Assembly: GCA_034667725.1 (NCBI GenBank)
Contig: JAXDQS010000001.1
Span: 224,001-288,000 of the forward strand
Direction: 5' to 3'
Source of the DNA: Thermoplasmata archaeon
GTDB lineage: Archaea > Thermoplasmatota > E2 > JACPAO01 > JAHFTW01
DNA: 64,000 nt
Shown here: positions 47,686 to 57,515 of the stretch, in pieces
Layout: every line of letters begins with the position of its first letter
Numbering within the stretch: position 1 is the stretch's first letter
The notes under the pieces: model-generated
Seen by the model: only the letters and a program-made list of their open reading frames with translations
What the model was told of the DNA's origin: nothing
The model's database searches: none
Program-made: the position numbers and the translations under genes

Positions 47686-47925
47686 CCGACGATCTCCCCT
47701 CCCTCTTTTTTGGCCCGCCCTTCGCCGCCACGCACACTTTTTGACCCACTTTTGGCCCGCTTCTCCCGCTTGATGCTCCAGCCTACACGGAATCAGGCCC
47801 AACCAAGGGTTGGCGCGGTGCCCCCAACGGGGCCGTCAAGCCCAAATAGCCGCCTCTTGTCGGCGGCCTTTGCCTCTCTGGGCTGACAACCTGTGCGGGG
47901 GTCCCGCACCAAAGAGAGACAACTT

Positions 47926-47998
47926 GCCTTGGTAGTGTAGCGGCCTATCATGGGACCCTGTCACGGTTCCGACCTGGGTTCAAATCCCAGCCAGGGCG
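47926..47998 (+). tRNA. tRNA-Asp (GTC)
   Basis: GCCTTGG/CCAGGGC acceptor stem, GGACC-CTGTCAC-GGTTC anticodon arm, GGTTCAAATCC T arm. Confidence 0.96.
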
Positions 47999-48007
47999 CC
48001 TTCGGGC

Positions 48008-49285
48008 CTATGGGCGGCGCGGCGTTTTCCGCGCCGTGCCTTGCGTCGGCGGCGGTTGCCGCGCCGTGCCTTGCGTCGGCGGCGGCGAGGCCGTCTGCCG
48101 CGCCGCCTTGGCCGCGTGGCTCCAGTCGTCGGGCTGCTTGGCCAGCGGGATGTTGAACCAGACGGTCATGCCTTTGCCGCGGCCGGCGCTGAAGCAGCCG
48201 ACCTGCCCGCCGTGGGCCTCGACGATGCGCTTGGAGAGGTGCAGCCCGAGCCCCGTGCCTGGCTTGCGGGGGGCGTCCGGGGTGTCGATGCGGACGAACG
48301 GGCGGAACAGCCGCGCCTGGTCCTCGGCGTCCATGCCGGGGCCGTTGTCGTGGATGCGCACCGAGGCGTCGCCGTCCTCGGTCAGGAGCTCGACCGTGAC
48401 CCGGCCGCCGGGCGGGGTGAACTTGATGGCGTTGCCGAGGAAGTTGCCGACGACCTGCAGAAGCCGCGCCGGCTCGCCGAGGATCGAGATGGGCTTCCGT
48501 GGCGCCAGCAGCGCGATGCTGAGTCCGGACTGGGCCGCGAGCTGATGGAAGTTGTCGATCTCGTCGCGCAGCAGGCGCGTCAGGTTGACCGGCGTGGCCT
48601 GCACGACGAGGCGGCCGGCGTCGGCCTTGGCGAGGTCGGCGAGGTCCTGCGACAGCAGCATCAGACGGTGGACGTTGGCGCTGATCAGGGTCAGGACGCG
48701 CTCCTGCGACGGCGCGACCTCCTGGAGGACCGCGCGCAGCATCTCGGACTGGAGGGCCAAGACCGTCAGCGGCGTCTTGAACTCGTGCGCGGCCTGGTTG
48801 AACAGCAGCGCGTTGTCGCGGGCGTCGCCTTCGAGCTTGGCCACGCGGCGCTCGGCCCGGTCGGTCTCCTGGTGGGCGGCGTGGAGGGTGTCGTGGACGG
48901 CGCTGGGCCGCAGCACCAGCAGCACCAATGGGTTGCCGGTCCCGAGCTCGTCGACCCGGCAGAAGTGGACCTCGACGTCCTTGGCGGGCCCGCGCCGGCC
49001 CGAGGTCCGGGTCTGCAGCACCACTTGGTCGTGGCCGGGCCACGCCCCCATCGGCGCCATCGAGCACTTCTTGGCCGTGAGCAACAGGTCCGGATCGGGG
49101 AGCAGGCGGTCCAGCGGCATGCCGATGGCCTCGTCGATGGGGATGCGGCACAGCGTGCTCGCGGCCCGGTTGAACAGCATCACTTCGAGCGAGGGGAAGC
49201 GTACCAGCACCAGGCCGTCGCGCACGTTGTCGAAGATGGCCGGCAGGCCGTAGCGGCGGTTGGCCACGTTCGCGGGCTGCGTCAT
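48008..49285 (-). CDS. PAS-domain sensor histidine kinase
   Basis: AHEFKTPL H-box, NFLGNAIKFT, DNGPG, GTGLGL. Confidence 0.92.
   Translation of the reverse strand: MTQPANVANRRYGLPAIFDNVRDGLVLVRFPSLEVMLFNRAASTLCRIPIDEAIGMPLDRLLPDPDLLLTAKKCSMAPMGAWPGHDQVVLQTRTSGRRGPAKDVEVHFCRVDELGTGNPLVLLVLRPSAVHDTLHAAHQETDRAERRVAKLEGDARDNALLFNQAAHEFKTPLTVLALQSEMLRAVLQEVAPSQERVLTLISANVHRLMLLSQDLADLAKADAGRLVVQATPVNLTRLLRDEIDNFHQLAAQSGLSIALLAPRKPISILGEPARLLQVVGNFLGNAIKFTPPGGRVTVELLTEDGDASVRIHDNGPGMDAEDQARLFRPFVRIDTPDAPRKPGTGLGLHLSKRIVEAHGGQVGCFSAGRGKGMTVWFNIPLAKQPDDWSHAAKAARQTASPPPTQGTARQPPPTQGTARKTPRRP
48029..48085. repeat. Tandem duplication with 30-bp period in the kinase C-terminus
   Basis: ccgcgccgtgccttgcgtcggcggcgg twice, encoding PPPTQGTAR twice. 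Confidence 0.8.
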
Positions 49286-49365
49286 GGCATGAAGATTGGC
49301 CGGCGCGGCTATTGCATGTTTGGAGCCGGCGACATGTTCGGGGTCTGCCCAGGCCAGCTACCCGT

Positions 49366-49776
49366 TTATTGGTGGGCCGTGAATTTCGTGGCCAGGCGCT
49401 CGATGTCCACGCTCACGGCGGACGGGAGGACCCCTCGGACGTCATGGTCGTGGCACTCCTCGGCCATGTGCCGCAACTGGTGGGCCATGCGGTGGGCGGC
49501 GTGCTCCACGACGCCGGTCTCGTAGGCGGCGCCGACGGCGCACAGGTCGCGGGCCGCCTCGAAGTCGCCGCGGGCCGCCTCGAAGGCCGCCTGCCGGCGC
49601 GGCGCGGGCAAGGGCCCCGCCATCCAGGCGCCGTCGGCGCGCTCCTCGAGGTCCTCCAGGTCGTGCGGCGAGGCGCCGTGGCCTTCGTGCAGGCCGTGGG
49701 CGAGCCCGTCGAGGGCCGTGGCGATGCCGGCGCAGTCGTGATGGGTGAGGACTCCAGGGGTGGTGATGGCGGCCAT
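49366..49776 (-). CDS. Hypothetical His/Cys-containing helical protein
   Basis: Host-like codon usage; lies between CheBR and the kinase on the same strand. Confidence 0.55.
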   Translation of the reverse strand: MAAITTPGVLTHHDCAGIATALDGLAHGLHEGHGASPHDLEDLEERADGAWMAGPLPAPRRQAAFEAARGDFEAARDLCAVGAAYETGVVEHAAHRMAHQLRHMAEECHDHDVRGVLPSAVSVDIERLATKFTAHQ

Positions 49777-49823
49777 GGTCGGTATGGGGCGCTCCTGCTA
49801 GTCCTAGCCATGCAACCGGGACG

Positions 49824-52085
49824 TCAGGCCTTGGAGTCGAGGATCCGCAGCAGCGTGCCGTGGCTCTTGCCGTCGTGGTCGAGGGCGGGGAACACGGCGA
49901 CGCGCAGGCCGTCGGAGGCCTTCACCTGGCGGGCCGCACGGCCCTTCTTCGGCCACTTCACGCCCGGCCGCAGCAGCTGCCGCACCGACGCCGTGTCCAG
50001 CTTGGGCACCAGCTTCAGGAGGTCCTTGCCGAGCGCCTGGCTGGCGGACAGGCCGAACTTGCGCATGGCCGGCGTGCCCCAGTAGCTGACGCGGCCTTGG
50101 CGGTCGCAGCCCACCATGACGTCGGGCCCCGCCTCCAGGAGCGCGCCCAGGAACAGGGTGGCGCGGCGGGCCTCGTCGCCCTGCACCTGGATTTCGTCGT
50201 TGAGGCTTTGCAGCTCCTCGTTCACGGTCTCCAGCTCCTCGTTGCGGCTCTGCAGCTCCTCGTTGAGGGACTGCTGCGCCTCCATGGAGGCCAGCAGCGC
50301 GTGCCGGGCGGCCGCGTCCGGCTTGACGGGGGTCGATGCCTGGGCGGTGCCCATCAGCAGCATGCCGGCGCGCTGCGGCAGCGGGACCGCCTCCAGCGCC
50401 ACGGCGCGGCGGGCGCCGGCGCCGTCGAGCGCCGCCTCGGGCAGGCGGCGGCGCCTGCCGGCCGACAGGGCCTGCCGGAGCGCTGCCTCGTCGAGGTCGG
50501 AGCCCGAGCCGTGCAGCAGGCTGGGCAGGAAGGCCCCGACCGCCTGCTTGGCCGGCCTGCCGAAGAACCGCTCGGCGGCCGTGTTCCACATCGTGATGCG
50601 CAGGCTGGCGTCGACGGCCAGGACGATCGGCTCGTGGGCGGCCGCCTGGCGCGCCCGGCCGGTGCGGCGCGCGGCGCGCACCAGGCCGGCGGCCGTCAGG
50701 GGACGCGCCTCGACGCGGCGGAAGATGGGGGCGCCGGGCGCCACCCGGACGAAGCCGGGCGCGGGCAGGTGGGTGCCCTCCGCCTTGCCAAGGAACAGGA
50801 AGCCGCCGGGCCGGACGGCGCCAGCCAGCTGCGCCAGCACCTGCGCACGCTCGGCGGGCTTGAGGTAGATGAGGACGTTGCGGCACGCCACCAGGTCCAT
50901 GCTGGCCAGCGGCGCGTCGCGCGCGAGGTCGTGGCGGCCGAAGACGACGTGGCGGCGCAGCTCGGGGCCGACGCGGGGTCCGGCGCCGTCGGCGACGAAG
51001 TACTGCTTGGCAAGCGGGCGCGGGAAGTCGTCCACGGCCTGCGCGGTGTACTTGCCGGCGCGCGCCTTGGCCAGCGCCGGGTCGTCCAGGTCGGTGCCGA
51101 ACACCTTGAGCGCGATGGGGCGCCCCTTCGCGGCCGCCAGGGTCAGGAGCGCCATCGTGTAGGCCTCCTCGCCGGTGGCGCAGCCGGCGCTCCACATCCG
51201 AATCTCGCGCTTGCCCGCGGCCTTGATGAGGGGCGCGAGGGCGCGCTTCTTGAGCACGGTCCAGAGCGCCGGGTCGCGCACGAAGGAGCTGACCTTCACC
51301 AGGAGCGCGGAGCGCAGCCGCTCCAGCTCCAGGTCGTCGCGCCGCAGGGCCGCGACGTACTGGGCGGCGGTCTTGCTGCCGGTGGCGGCGATGCGGGACT
51401 CCATCCGGCGCCGCAGCGTCTCGGGGCGGTAGCCGCGGAAGTCGACGCCGCACTTGCGGCGCAGCAGCGCCTCCGCGGAGCGCCACGCCGCCGCGGTCGC
51501 CGGCACGCGCCCGCCGCCGGTGGCGTGCAAGAGGTAGCCGCCGATGCGGTCGGCCGGCAGCACGGCGTCGACGCAGCCCGTCGCGATGGCGGATTCCGGC
51601 ATCCCGCCCTGCGAGGCCGTCTCCGGGTCCTGCGCGACGCAGGCGCCGCCCGCGGCCTTCACGGCCTGCACGCCCTGGCGGCCGTCGAAGCCGGTGCCGC
51701 TCAGCACGATGGCCAAGGCGCGCTTGCCGTGCGCCTGCGCGACCGAGGCGAACAGGCGGTCCACGCTGGGCCGCGAGAAGTTGACGCGCGGCGTCCGGGT
51801 CAAGGCGATGCGGCCGGCGCGCAGCTCCAGGTGGCGGTCGGGCGGCGCGAGGTACACGGTGCCGGCGCGGGGCCGCTCGCCCGCCTTGGCCGGGCGCACC
51901 TGCAAGGCCGTGTGCGTCCCGAGCAGGTCGGCGGCGTTGCTGGGCTTCTTCGGGTCCAGGTGCAGCACGGCCAGGATGGGCACGGGGAAGCTTGCGGGCA
52001 GCCCGTGCAGCACGGCCTTCAGGGCCTCCAGGCCGCCGGCCGAGCCGCCGACCGCCACCAGGGCAGGGCCTACGGAGTTCGCCAT
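49824..52085 (-). CDS. CheB methylesterase-CheR methyltransferase fusion with PAS domains and a coiled coil
   Basis: GGSAGG, VLHL, SRPSVD, LSGTGFDG; WSAGCATGEEAY, CRNVLIY; NEELQSxNEEL. Confidence 0.92.
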   Translation of the reverse strand: MANSVGPALVAVGGSAGGLEALKAVLHGLPASFPVPILAVLHLDPKKPSNAADLLGTHTALQVRPAKAGERPRAGTVYLAPPDRHLELRAGRIALTRTPRVNFSRPSVDRLFASVAQAHGKRALAIVLSGTGFDGRQGVQAVKAAGGACVAQDPETASQGGMPESAIATGCVDAVLPADRIGGYLLHATGGGRVPATAAAWRSAEALLRRKCGVDFRGYRPETLRRRMESRIAATGSKTAAQYVAALRRDDLELERLRSALLVKVSSFVRDPALWTVLKKRALAPLIKAAGKREIRMWSAGCATGEEAYTMALLTLAAAKGRPIALKVFGTDLDDPALAKARAGKYTAQAVDDFPRPLAKQYFVADGAGPRVGPELRRHVVFGRHDLARDAPLASMDLVACRNVLIYLKPAERAQVLAQLAGAVRPGGFLFLGKAEGTHLPAPGFVRVAPGAPIFRRVEARPLTAAGLVRAARRTGRARQAAAHEPIVLAVDASLRITMWNTAAERFFGRPAKQAVGAFLPSLLHGSGSDLDEAALRQALSAGRRRRLPEAALDGAGARRAVALEAVPLPQRAGMLLMGTAQASTPVKPDAAARHALLASMEAQQSLNEELQSRNEELETVNEELQSLNDEIQVQGDEARRATLFLGALLEAGPDVMVGCDRQGRVSYWGTPAMRKFGLSASQALGKDLLKLVPKLDTASVRQLLRPGVKWPKKGRAARQVKASDGLRVAVFPALDHDGKSHGTLLRILDSKA

Positions 52086-52108
52086 CTTGGGTGGGATGCC
52101 CAGCTTCC

Positions 52109-52780
52109 TCAAGCCCCCTTCGGTGGCTGGCCGGCGCCGCCGTCGGGGTCGGAGAGGCGCTTGCCGCGCGCCAGGGTGTTGGCGTCGATGAAGCCGCGGA
52201 TGACCTGGCCTTGGGCCCGGCGCAGCAGCTGGGAGACGGCGGAGACGCTGAGGTTCATCGACTTGCCCAGCCGGCGCAGGTCGACGCGGTGCGGGACGTC
52301 GTAGTAGCCCATGGCGACCGCGTTGCACAGCACTTCCAGCTGGCGGGGCGTGATGCTGACGTCCTGGACGGGGACGGTGCCGAAGACCCGCTGCCGCACG
52401 GCGTCGTCGGACGTGCCGAGCCGGCCCGCCAAGGCCGCGACCTCGTCGGTGGTGCCCTGCACGAACATCGTCGCCATCCCCTGCGGCGTCAGGTCCACCT
52501 GCACCACGCGCGCCGCCGTCAGCCAATGCAGCCAGCGGGGCGGGACCTCCAGCAGCTCGCACCGCAGCGTCCGCGGCGCGACGCCGGCGGCCATGGTGAT
52601 GCGGCACTCCGCCTGCGCCGCCAGCCAGGCCGCGGTCGCGGTCGCCCTGCCGGCGGGCACGAGGGCCACGATGGTCCAGGAGTCGCCGTGGGGCAGGAAC
52701 CGAAGCTGGGTCGCGGCCGACGGCGCCTCGAAGCCCAGCCCGGCGCACGGCAGGTCGAAGCGCAGCAGCACGCCGGACAT
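52109..52780 (-). CDS. HTH-10 (bacterio-opsin activator-like) regulator
   Basis: ITPRQLEVL..AVAMGYYDVP...LLRRA. Confidence 0.85.
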   Translation of the reverse strand: MSGVLLRFDLPCAGLGFEAPSAATQLRFLPHGDSWTIVALVPAGRATATAAWLAAQAECRITMAAGVAPRTLRCELLEVPPRWLHWLTAARVVQVDLTPQGMATMFVQGTTDEVAALAGRLGTSDDAVRQRVFGTVPVQDVSITPRQLEVLCNAVAMGYYDVPHRVDLRRLGKSMNLSVSAVSQLLRRAQGQVIRGFIDANTLARGKRLSDPDGGAGQPPKGA

Positions 52781-53006
52781 CGGCGCCTCCACGCCTCCTG
52801 GTGACCCGAACACGCGGTGCGACAACTAGATCCCCGGCGCGGAAAAGCGGCCTCCAGTAGAATAACTGAACAGCTAGGGGTCGCGGGGGGCGCGATGCTT
52901 GGGAAAAATGAGAACATTTGCGGCGCCGCGCCTCCAAACTGGGGACAGGACCGCCACATGTGCACATCACCACGCCTTGAACCACGGACGCCGGTCATGC
53001 ACGGCC

Positions 53007-53243
53007 ATGACCGCATCCCGGGCCACCACCGAACGGATGCACGTGCTCGGGGAGGCGCACTGGCCCCCCGGCACGGCCGGCACGCACCGCGGCGTCGTGC
53101 TGCTGCGCGTGCGCGGCCCCCGCGACGCCAAGCGGCTGCTGCGGCTGCTCGAGGCGGGCGCCGCCGAGCGGCCGGCCAACCCGGCGGCCCGGACCGAACG
53201 CCACCTCGCGCTGCTGCGGCACGCCGGCCTGCTTGGCGCCTAA
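53007..53243 (+). CDS. Small hypothetical protein
   Basis: Short ORF with host-like codons in the divergent region. Confidence 0.35.
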   Translation: MTASRATTERMHVLGEAHWPPGTAGTHRGVVLLRVRGPRDAKRLLRLLEAGAAERPANPAARTERHLALLRHAGLLGA

Positions 53244-53411
53244 GCCCTGCCGGCGCCAGTGCCGGCGGGTCGGAAAGCGCGGCCCAAGGGCGGGTTGGCA
53301 CGATCCATGGAGGCGGTTTTTCCAGGAGGCGCGGGACTTCGTGGAGCCCGCGAACATGTTGGGGCTTGCGCACGGTCTATGACCCTGGGCCGGCGACTCG
53401 TTTTTGTGAAC

Positions 53412-54275
53412 ATGATGCTGCGTACAGCGCTTGTCTCCCTGGCGGTCGCCGGGGCCTTCCTCCTGTCTTCCCCGAGCGCGATCGCCGCCGGTGGCGGCCA
53501 CAGCGGCGACGTCAAGATCCATGACGAAGCCACCGCGGACCCCGAGGTCCGCAACGAGCCCCACGTCGACTGCGTGGACTTCTGGGTCGAGGGCTTCAAC
53601 CTCAACGCCGGCAAAGGCAGCTTCGAGATCTTCAGCTGGCCGCCCACGGGCGACAAGAGCCTGGTGATGTCGGTCAACTGGACCGCCGACTCCGGCGACG
53701 ACGAGGAGGGCTTCCACTTCCTGTCGGGCCCGCACGCCTTGGCCGCCGGCCACTACCGCCTCGAGGTCACGCTCGACGACGGCAAGGCCCCCAAGGACAA
53801 GATGTTCTGGGTGGAGGAGTGCGAGGACGAGGAGTGCACTGAGGATTGCGAGCCGGAGTGCCCTGTGGACTCCGACCAGTGCCCGCCGGGCGAGTGCGAA
53901 GGCAATGACTGCCCCGCCGAGCCGACCTGCCCGACCGACCTGGTGGCGCTCGCGCGCGGCGCGGGCGGCGTCCAGCTCACCTTCACCGCTGCCCCCGGCA
54001 GTGACGGCTCCAACGTCTACCGCGCCGAGGGCGAAGGCGACTTCGAGTACCTCGCGACCGTCGGCGCTGGCGTCGGCATGTACGTGGACGACACCGCCAC
54101 CAACGGCGTCACCTACACCTACATGGTGACGAGCCTCTACGGCGACGCCGAGGTGGGCCAGTGCCCGCAGGTCGAGGTCACGACCATCCCTGACCTCGGC
54201 ACGGGCATCGCGGTGACCGCCGCGGGCGTCCTGGGTGTCGCGGCCTACGCGTTCAGCCGCCGCCGCAAGGCCTGA
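53412..54275 (+). CDS. Cell-surface protein with an FN3-like domain and C-terminal sorting signal
   Basis: Signal peptide; Cys/Glu-rich linker; NVYR..YVD..YTYMV; IPDLG-TM-RRRKA. Confidence 0.78.
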   Translation: MMLRTALVSLAVAGAFLLSSPSAIAAGGGHSGDVKIHDEATADPEVRNEPHVDCVDFWVEGFNLNAGKGSFEIFSWPPTGDKSLVMSVNWTADSGDDEEGFHFLSGPHALAAGHYRLEVTLDDGKAPKDKMFWVEECEDEECTEDCEPECPVDSDQCPPGECEGNDCPAEPTCPTDLVALARGAGGVQLTFTAAPGSDGSNVYRAEGEGDFEYLATVGAGVGMYVDDTATNGVTYTYMVTSLYGDAEVGQCPQVEVTTIPDLGTGIAVTAAGVLGVAAYAFSRRRKA

Positions 54276-54469
54276 GCCGCGCATCTGGATCGGGCCCTTT
54301 TCCCCCTTCTCCTCCCTTTCATGCGTTTTTTCAGGAAATGGCGTGCTTTCCGCGGGCGGGCCATCCCAACATGTTGGCACCGGCAAGCTGGCTTAGGCCG
54401 CGCCAGGCCAAGGTTCTCCCCATGGAACGGTTGCGTGTGCAGGACGGCCCGAACGGGTGGCGGAGGAGC

Positions 54470-55714
54470 GTGGCCAACGCCCCTGCCCATGCCCACCCCG
54501 CGGCGGTCGAGAACGCAATCCGGGTGCTGGTGGTCGAGGACGAGCCCTTGGTCGCCATGGACCTGGAAGGCACCCTGCGCGAGCTGGGCTACGACGTCGT
54601 GGCCCGCACCGGCCGCGCCGAGGAGGCCCTCCGGCTCGCCGCCGCCCTGCGGCCGGACGTCGTGCTGATGGACATCGGCCTCGCCGGCCCGATGGACGGC
54701 ATCGAGGCGGCCCGCCGGGTGCGCAGCGACCTCGCCATCCCGGTGGTGTTCATGACGGGGCACGCCGACGTGGCCACCCTCGCCAAGGCCCGCCTGTCGC
54801 AGCCGTACGGCTACATCGTCAAGCCGTTCGACGCCGCCGCCGTGCGGGCCCAGGTCGAGACCGTCCACTACCGCCGCCTGGCCGAGCGCGAGCGCGAGCA
54901 CGCGCAGCGCGACCGCGAGGCCGGCGTGCGGCGCGACGTGGAGCGGCTGCAGGAGCTCAACGAGATGCGCTCCCGCTTCGTCAGCGTGGCGTCGCACGAG
55001 CTCAACACCCCGCTCACGCCGCTGCTTCTGAGCGTGTCGCTGCTGAAGCAGTCGCTGGAAGGGAAGGTCACCGCGACCGAGGCGCAGTCCCTGGCCATCC
55101 TGGGCCGCAACCTCGAGCGCCTAGCCAGCCTGGTGAAGGACCTGCTCGACGCCGCCCGCCTCCAGTCGAGCCGCCTCCCCCTCAGCCTGGCGCCCACCAA
55201 CCTCCGCCTGCTCGCCGACGGCGTCGCCGACACCTTCCGCGGCCGCGCCACCGAGCGCAAGGTGCGCATCGAGACCCACGGGACAGGGCTGGCCGAGGCC
55301 ATGGCCGACGCCAACCGCGTCATCCAGGTGCTCACCAACCTCGTCGACAACGCCCTCAAGTTCACGCCGGCCGGCGGCCGCGTCGACCTGTTCGTCACCG
55401 CGGCGGGCCCGAACGTCCAGCTCGAGGTCAAGGACACCGGCCGCGGCCTGGACGCGGCCCAGGTCGCGCAGCTGTTCCAGCCGTTCGCGATGGTGCACGA
55501 CCTCGCGACGACGCAAGGGCAAGGCACCGGCCTCGGCCTCTACGTCAGCCGCGGCATCGCCGAGCTGCACGGCGGCACTCTGACGTGCCGCAGCGACGGG
55601 CCCGGCAAGGGGACCTCGTTCATGCTTACCCTGCCCGCGGCCGGGCCGCCCTCCGCGCCGGCCCCCACCCGGCGCCGACCCCCCCGGCCCGCCCGCGCCA
55701 AGGAGGCCGCATGA
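54470..55714 (+). CDS. Hybrid response regulator-histidine kinase (REC-HisKA-HATPase)
   Basis: GGAGGAG SD; VLVVEDE, LMDI, VKPF; SHELNTPL, DNALKFT, GTGLGL. Confidence 0.92.
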   Translation: MANAPAHAHPAAVENAIRVLVVEDEPLVAMDLEGTLRELGYDVVARTGRAEEALRLAAALRPDVVLMDIGLAGPMDGIEAARRVRSDLAIPVVFMTGHADVATLAKARLSQPYGYIVKPFDAAAVRAQVETVHYRRLAEREREHAQRDREAGVRRDVERLQELNEMRSRFVSVASHELNTPLTPLLLSVSLLKQSLEGKVTATEAQSLAILGRNLERLASLVKDLLDAARLQSSRLPLSLAPTNLRLLADGVADTFRGRATERKVRIETHGTGLAEAMADANRVIQVLTNLVDNALKFTPAGGRVDLFVTAAGPNVQLEVKDTGRGLDAAQVAQLFQPFAMVHDLATTQGQGTGLGLYVSRGIAELHGGTLTCRSDGPGKGTSFMLTLPAAGPPSAPAPTRRRPPRPARAKEAA

Positions 55715-57075
55715 GCCCGTCGCCGCGCCGGCCGCCCCGCCCGCCGGCGGCCCGCACCCGCTTCGATTGCCTGCTGGAGGCGGCGCCCGGCGCCTTGCTG
55801 GTGCTGGACGAGGGCGGCGTCATCCTCGAGGCCAACGCCCGCGCCATGGACCTGCTGGGCGCCGACCGGCTCGCCGGCCAACGCCTCGACGAGCGCATCC
55901 CCGCCGGCCTGGAGCAGGAGGGCGGGCGCGCGCTGTTCGCGCGCCGCGACGACGGCTCGGAAATCCCCGTCGAGCTCCAGCTGCGCCGCTTCGTGACGTC
56001 CGAGGGCCCGTTCGCGGTCGCGGCCGTGCGCGACCTGGCCGAAGGCGAGCGCGAGCGCGAGGCCGCCGCCCGGCTCGCCGCCGTGCTGGGCTCGCTCTCG
56101 GACGCCATCGCCTCGACCTCGCTCGAGGGCCGCATCACGAGCTGGAACCTGGCGGCGGAGGCCATGTTCGGCTACACCGCCAAGGAGGCGCTCGGCAAGG
56201 ACATCGCGATGCTGCGGGACCCCGCCGACATCGGCGAGCCGGAGGAGGCCGCCATCCTTGCCCGCATCCGCCGCGGCGAGCCGGTCAAGAACCGCGAGGT
56301 GCGCCGCGTCCGCAAGGACGGCACTTCGCTCTGGGTGTCCGCGTCGGTCTCGCCGTTGCAGGACGGCCGCGGCCGCATCGTGGGCGCCACCGGCGCCATG
56401 CGGGACGTGACCGAGCGCCGCGCCGCCGAGGCCCGCATCGAGGCGTCGCTCCGGGAGAAGGAGGTCATGCTGCAGGAGATCCACCACCGCGTCAAGAACA
56501 ACCTCCAGGTCGTGGCCAGCCTCCTCAACCTCCAGGGCCAGCACGCGGGGGACGCCCGCACCCGCGAGCTGTTCCAGGACAGCCGCAACCGCATCCGCTC
56601 GATCGCGCTGGTGCACGAGAAGCTCTACCGCAGCAAGGACCTGTCCCGGCTCGACTTCCACGACTACCTGGAGGACCTGGTCAAGGAGCTGCGCCGGTTC
56701 TACCCCAAGAGCCAGAGCGTCGCCATCGTCCTGGACGCCCAGCCGCTGGCCGTCGGCGTCGACGCCGCCATCAACTGCGGCCTGGTCGTGAGCGAGCTGG
56801 TCTCCAACGCCCTCAAGCACGCCTTCCCCGACGGCCGCCCCGGCGTCGTGCGCATCGCGCTCAAGGACGGCAGCCGCCCCGGCCGCATCGAGGTCACGGT
56901 GGCCGACGACGGCGTCGGCATGGCGGGCCCGTTCGATCCGGCCGCGGCGCCGACCTTGGGGATGCAGCTGGTCGCCACCATCGTGCGGCAGCTCGACGGC
57001 ACCATCGAGCGCCTCCCCGGCCCCGGCACGACGCTGCGGATGGACCTCGCCGTCGAGGCGAAGGTGGCCGCATGA
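55711..57075 (+). CDS. PAS-PAS HisKA_2-type histidine kinase
   Basis: EIHHRVKNNLQ, ELVSNALKHAF, DDGVG, LGMQL. Confidence 0.93.
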   Translation: MSPSPRRPPRPPAARTRFDCLLEAAPGALLVLDEGGVILEANARAMDLLGADRLAGQRLDERIPAGLEQEGGRALFARRDDGSEIPVELQLRRFVTSEGPFAVAAVRDLAEGEREREAAARLAAVLGSLSDAIASTSLEGRITSWNLAAEAMFGYTAKEALGKDIAMLRDPADIGEPEEAAILARIRRGEPVKNREVRRVRKDGTSLWVSASVSPLQDGRGRIVGATGAMRDVTERRAAEARIEASLREKEVMLQEIHHRVKNNLQVVASLLNLQGQHAGDARTRELFQDSRNRIRSIALVHEKLYRSKDLSRLDFHDYLEDLVKELRRFYPKSQSVAIVLDAQPLAVGVDAAINCGLVVSELVSNALKHAFPDGRPGVVRIALKDGSRPGRIEVTVADDGVGMAGPFDPAAAPTLGMQLVATIVRQLDGTIERLPGPGTTLRMDLAVEAKVAA

Positions 57076-57515
57076 GCCCGATCAAGGTCCTCATCGTCGA
57101 GGACGAGGGCATCGTCGCGATGGACCTGTTCGGCACCCTCGGCCGCCTCGGCTACGAGGTCGCGGGGCGCACGGCGCACGGCGAGGAGGCCTTGGCCTTG
57201 GCCCGCCGGGAAGCCCCGGACGTCATCCTCATGGACATCCGCCTCGCCGGCAAGAAGGACGGCATCGAGGCGGCCCGCGACGTCCGCGCCGAGCTCGGCA
57301 TCCCCGTCATCTTCGTCACGGCGCACGCCGACGACGCCACGCTGGCCCGCGCCCGCACCGTCGAGCCCTACGGCTACATCGTCAAGCCGTTCGACGACCT
57401 GTCCGTCCGCACCTCCGTCGAGCTGGCCTGCTACCGGCGCAAGGCCGAGCGCGAGCGCGAGGCCGCCGCGTCCGCCGCCCGCCTGGGAGGTGTCGCCGTT
57501 GGCCCGCGAGCCTGA
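57072..57515 (+). CDS. Stand-alone response regulator (REC)
   Basis: LIVEDE, LMDI, FVTA, YIVKPF. Confidence 0.92.
   Translation: MSPIKVLIVEDEGIVAMDLFGTLGRLGYEVAGRTAHGEEALALARREAPDVILMDIRLAGKKDGIEAARDVRAELGIPVIFVTAHADDATLARARTVEPYGYIVKPFDDLSVRTSVELACYRRKAEREREAAASAARLGGVAVGPRA

Larger units (their letters stand above)
37521..47900. mobile_element. Putative integrated island next to tRNA-Asp; boundaries approximate
   Basis: Visibly weaker GC3 bias, transposase, iteron-like repeats, unrecognised cargo, tRNA at the right edge; no att repeat found. Confidence 0.6.

Noticed and set aside
37480-48000. attL/attR direct repeat of tRNA-Asp and a tyrosine integrase
   Set aside because: No duplicated tRNA segment and no integrase motif found by eye, so tRNA-targeted integration is unproven.
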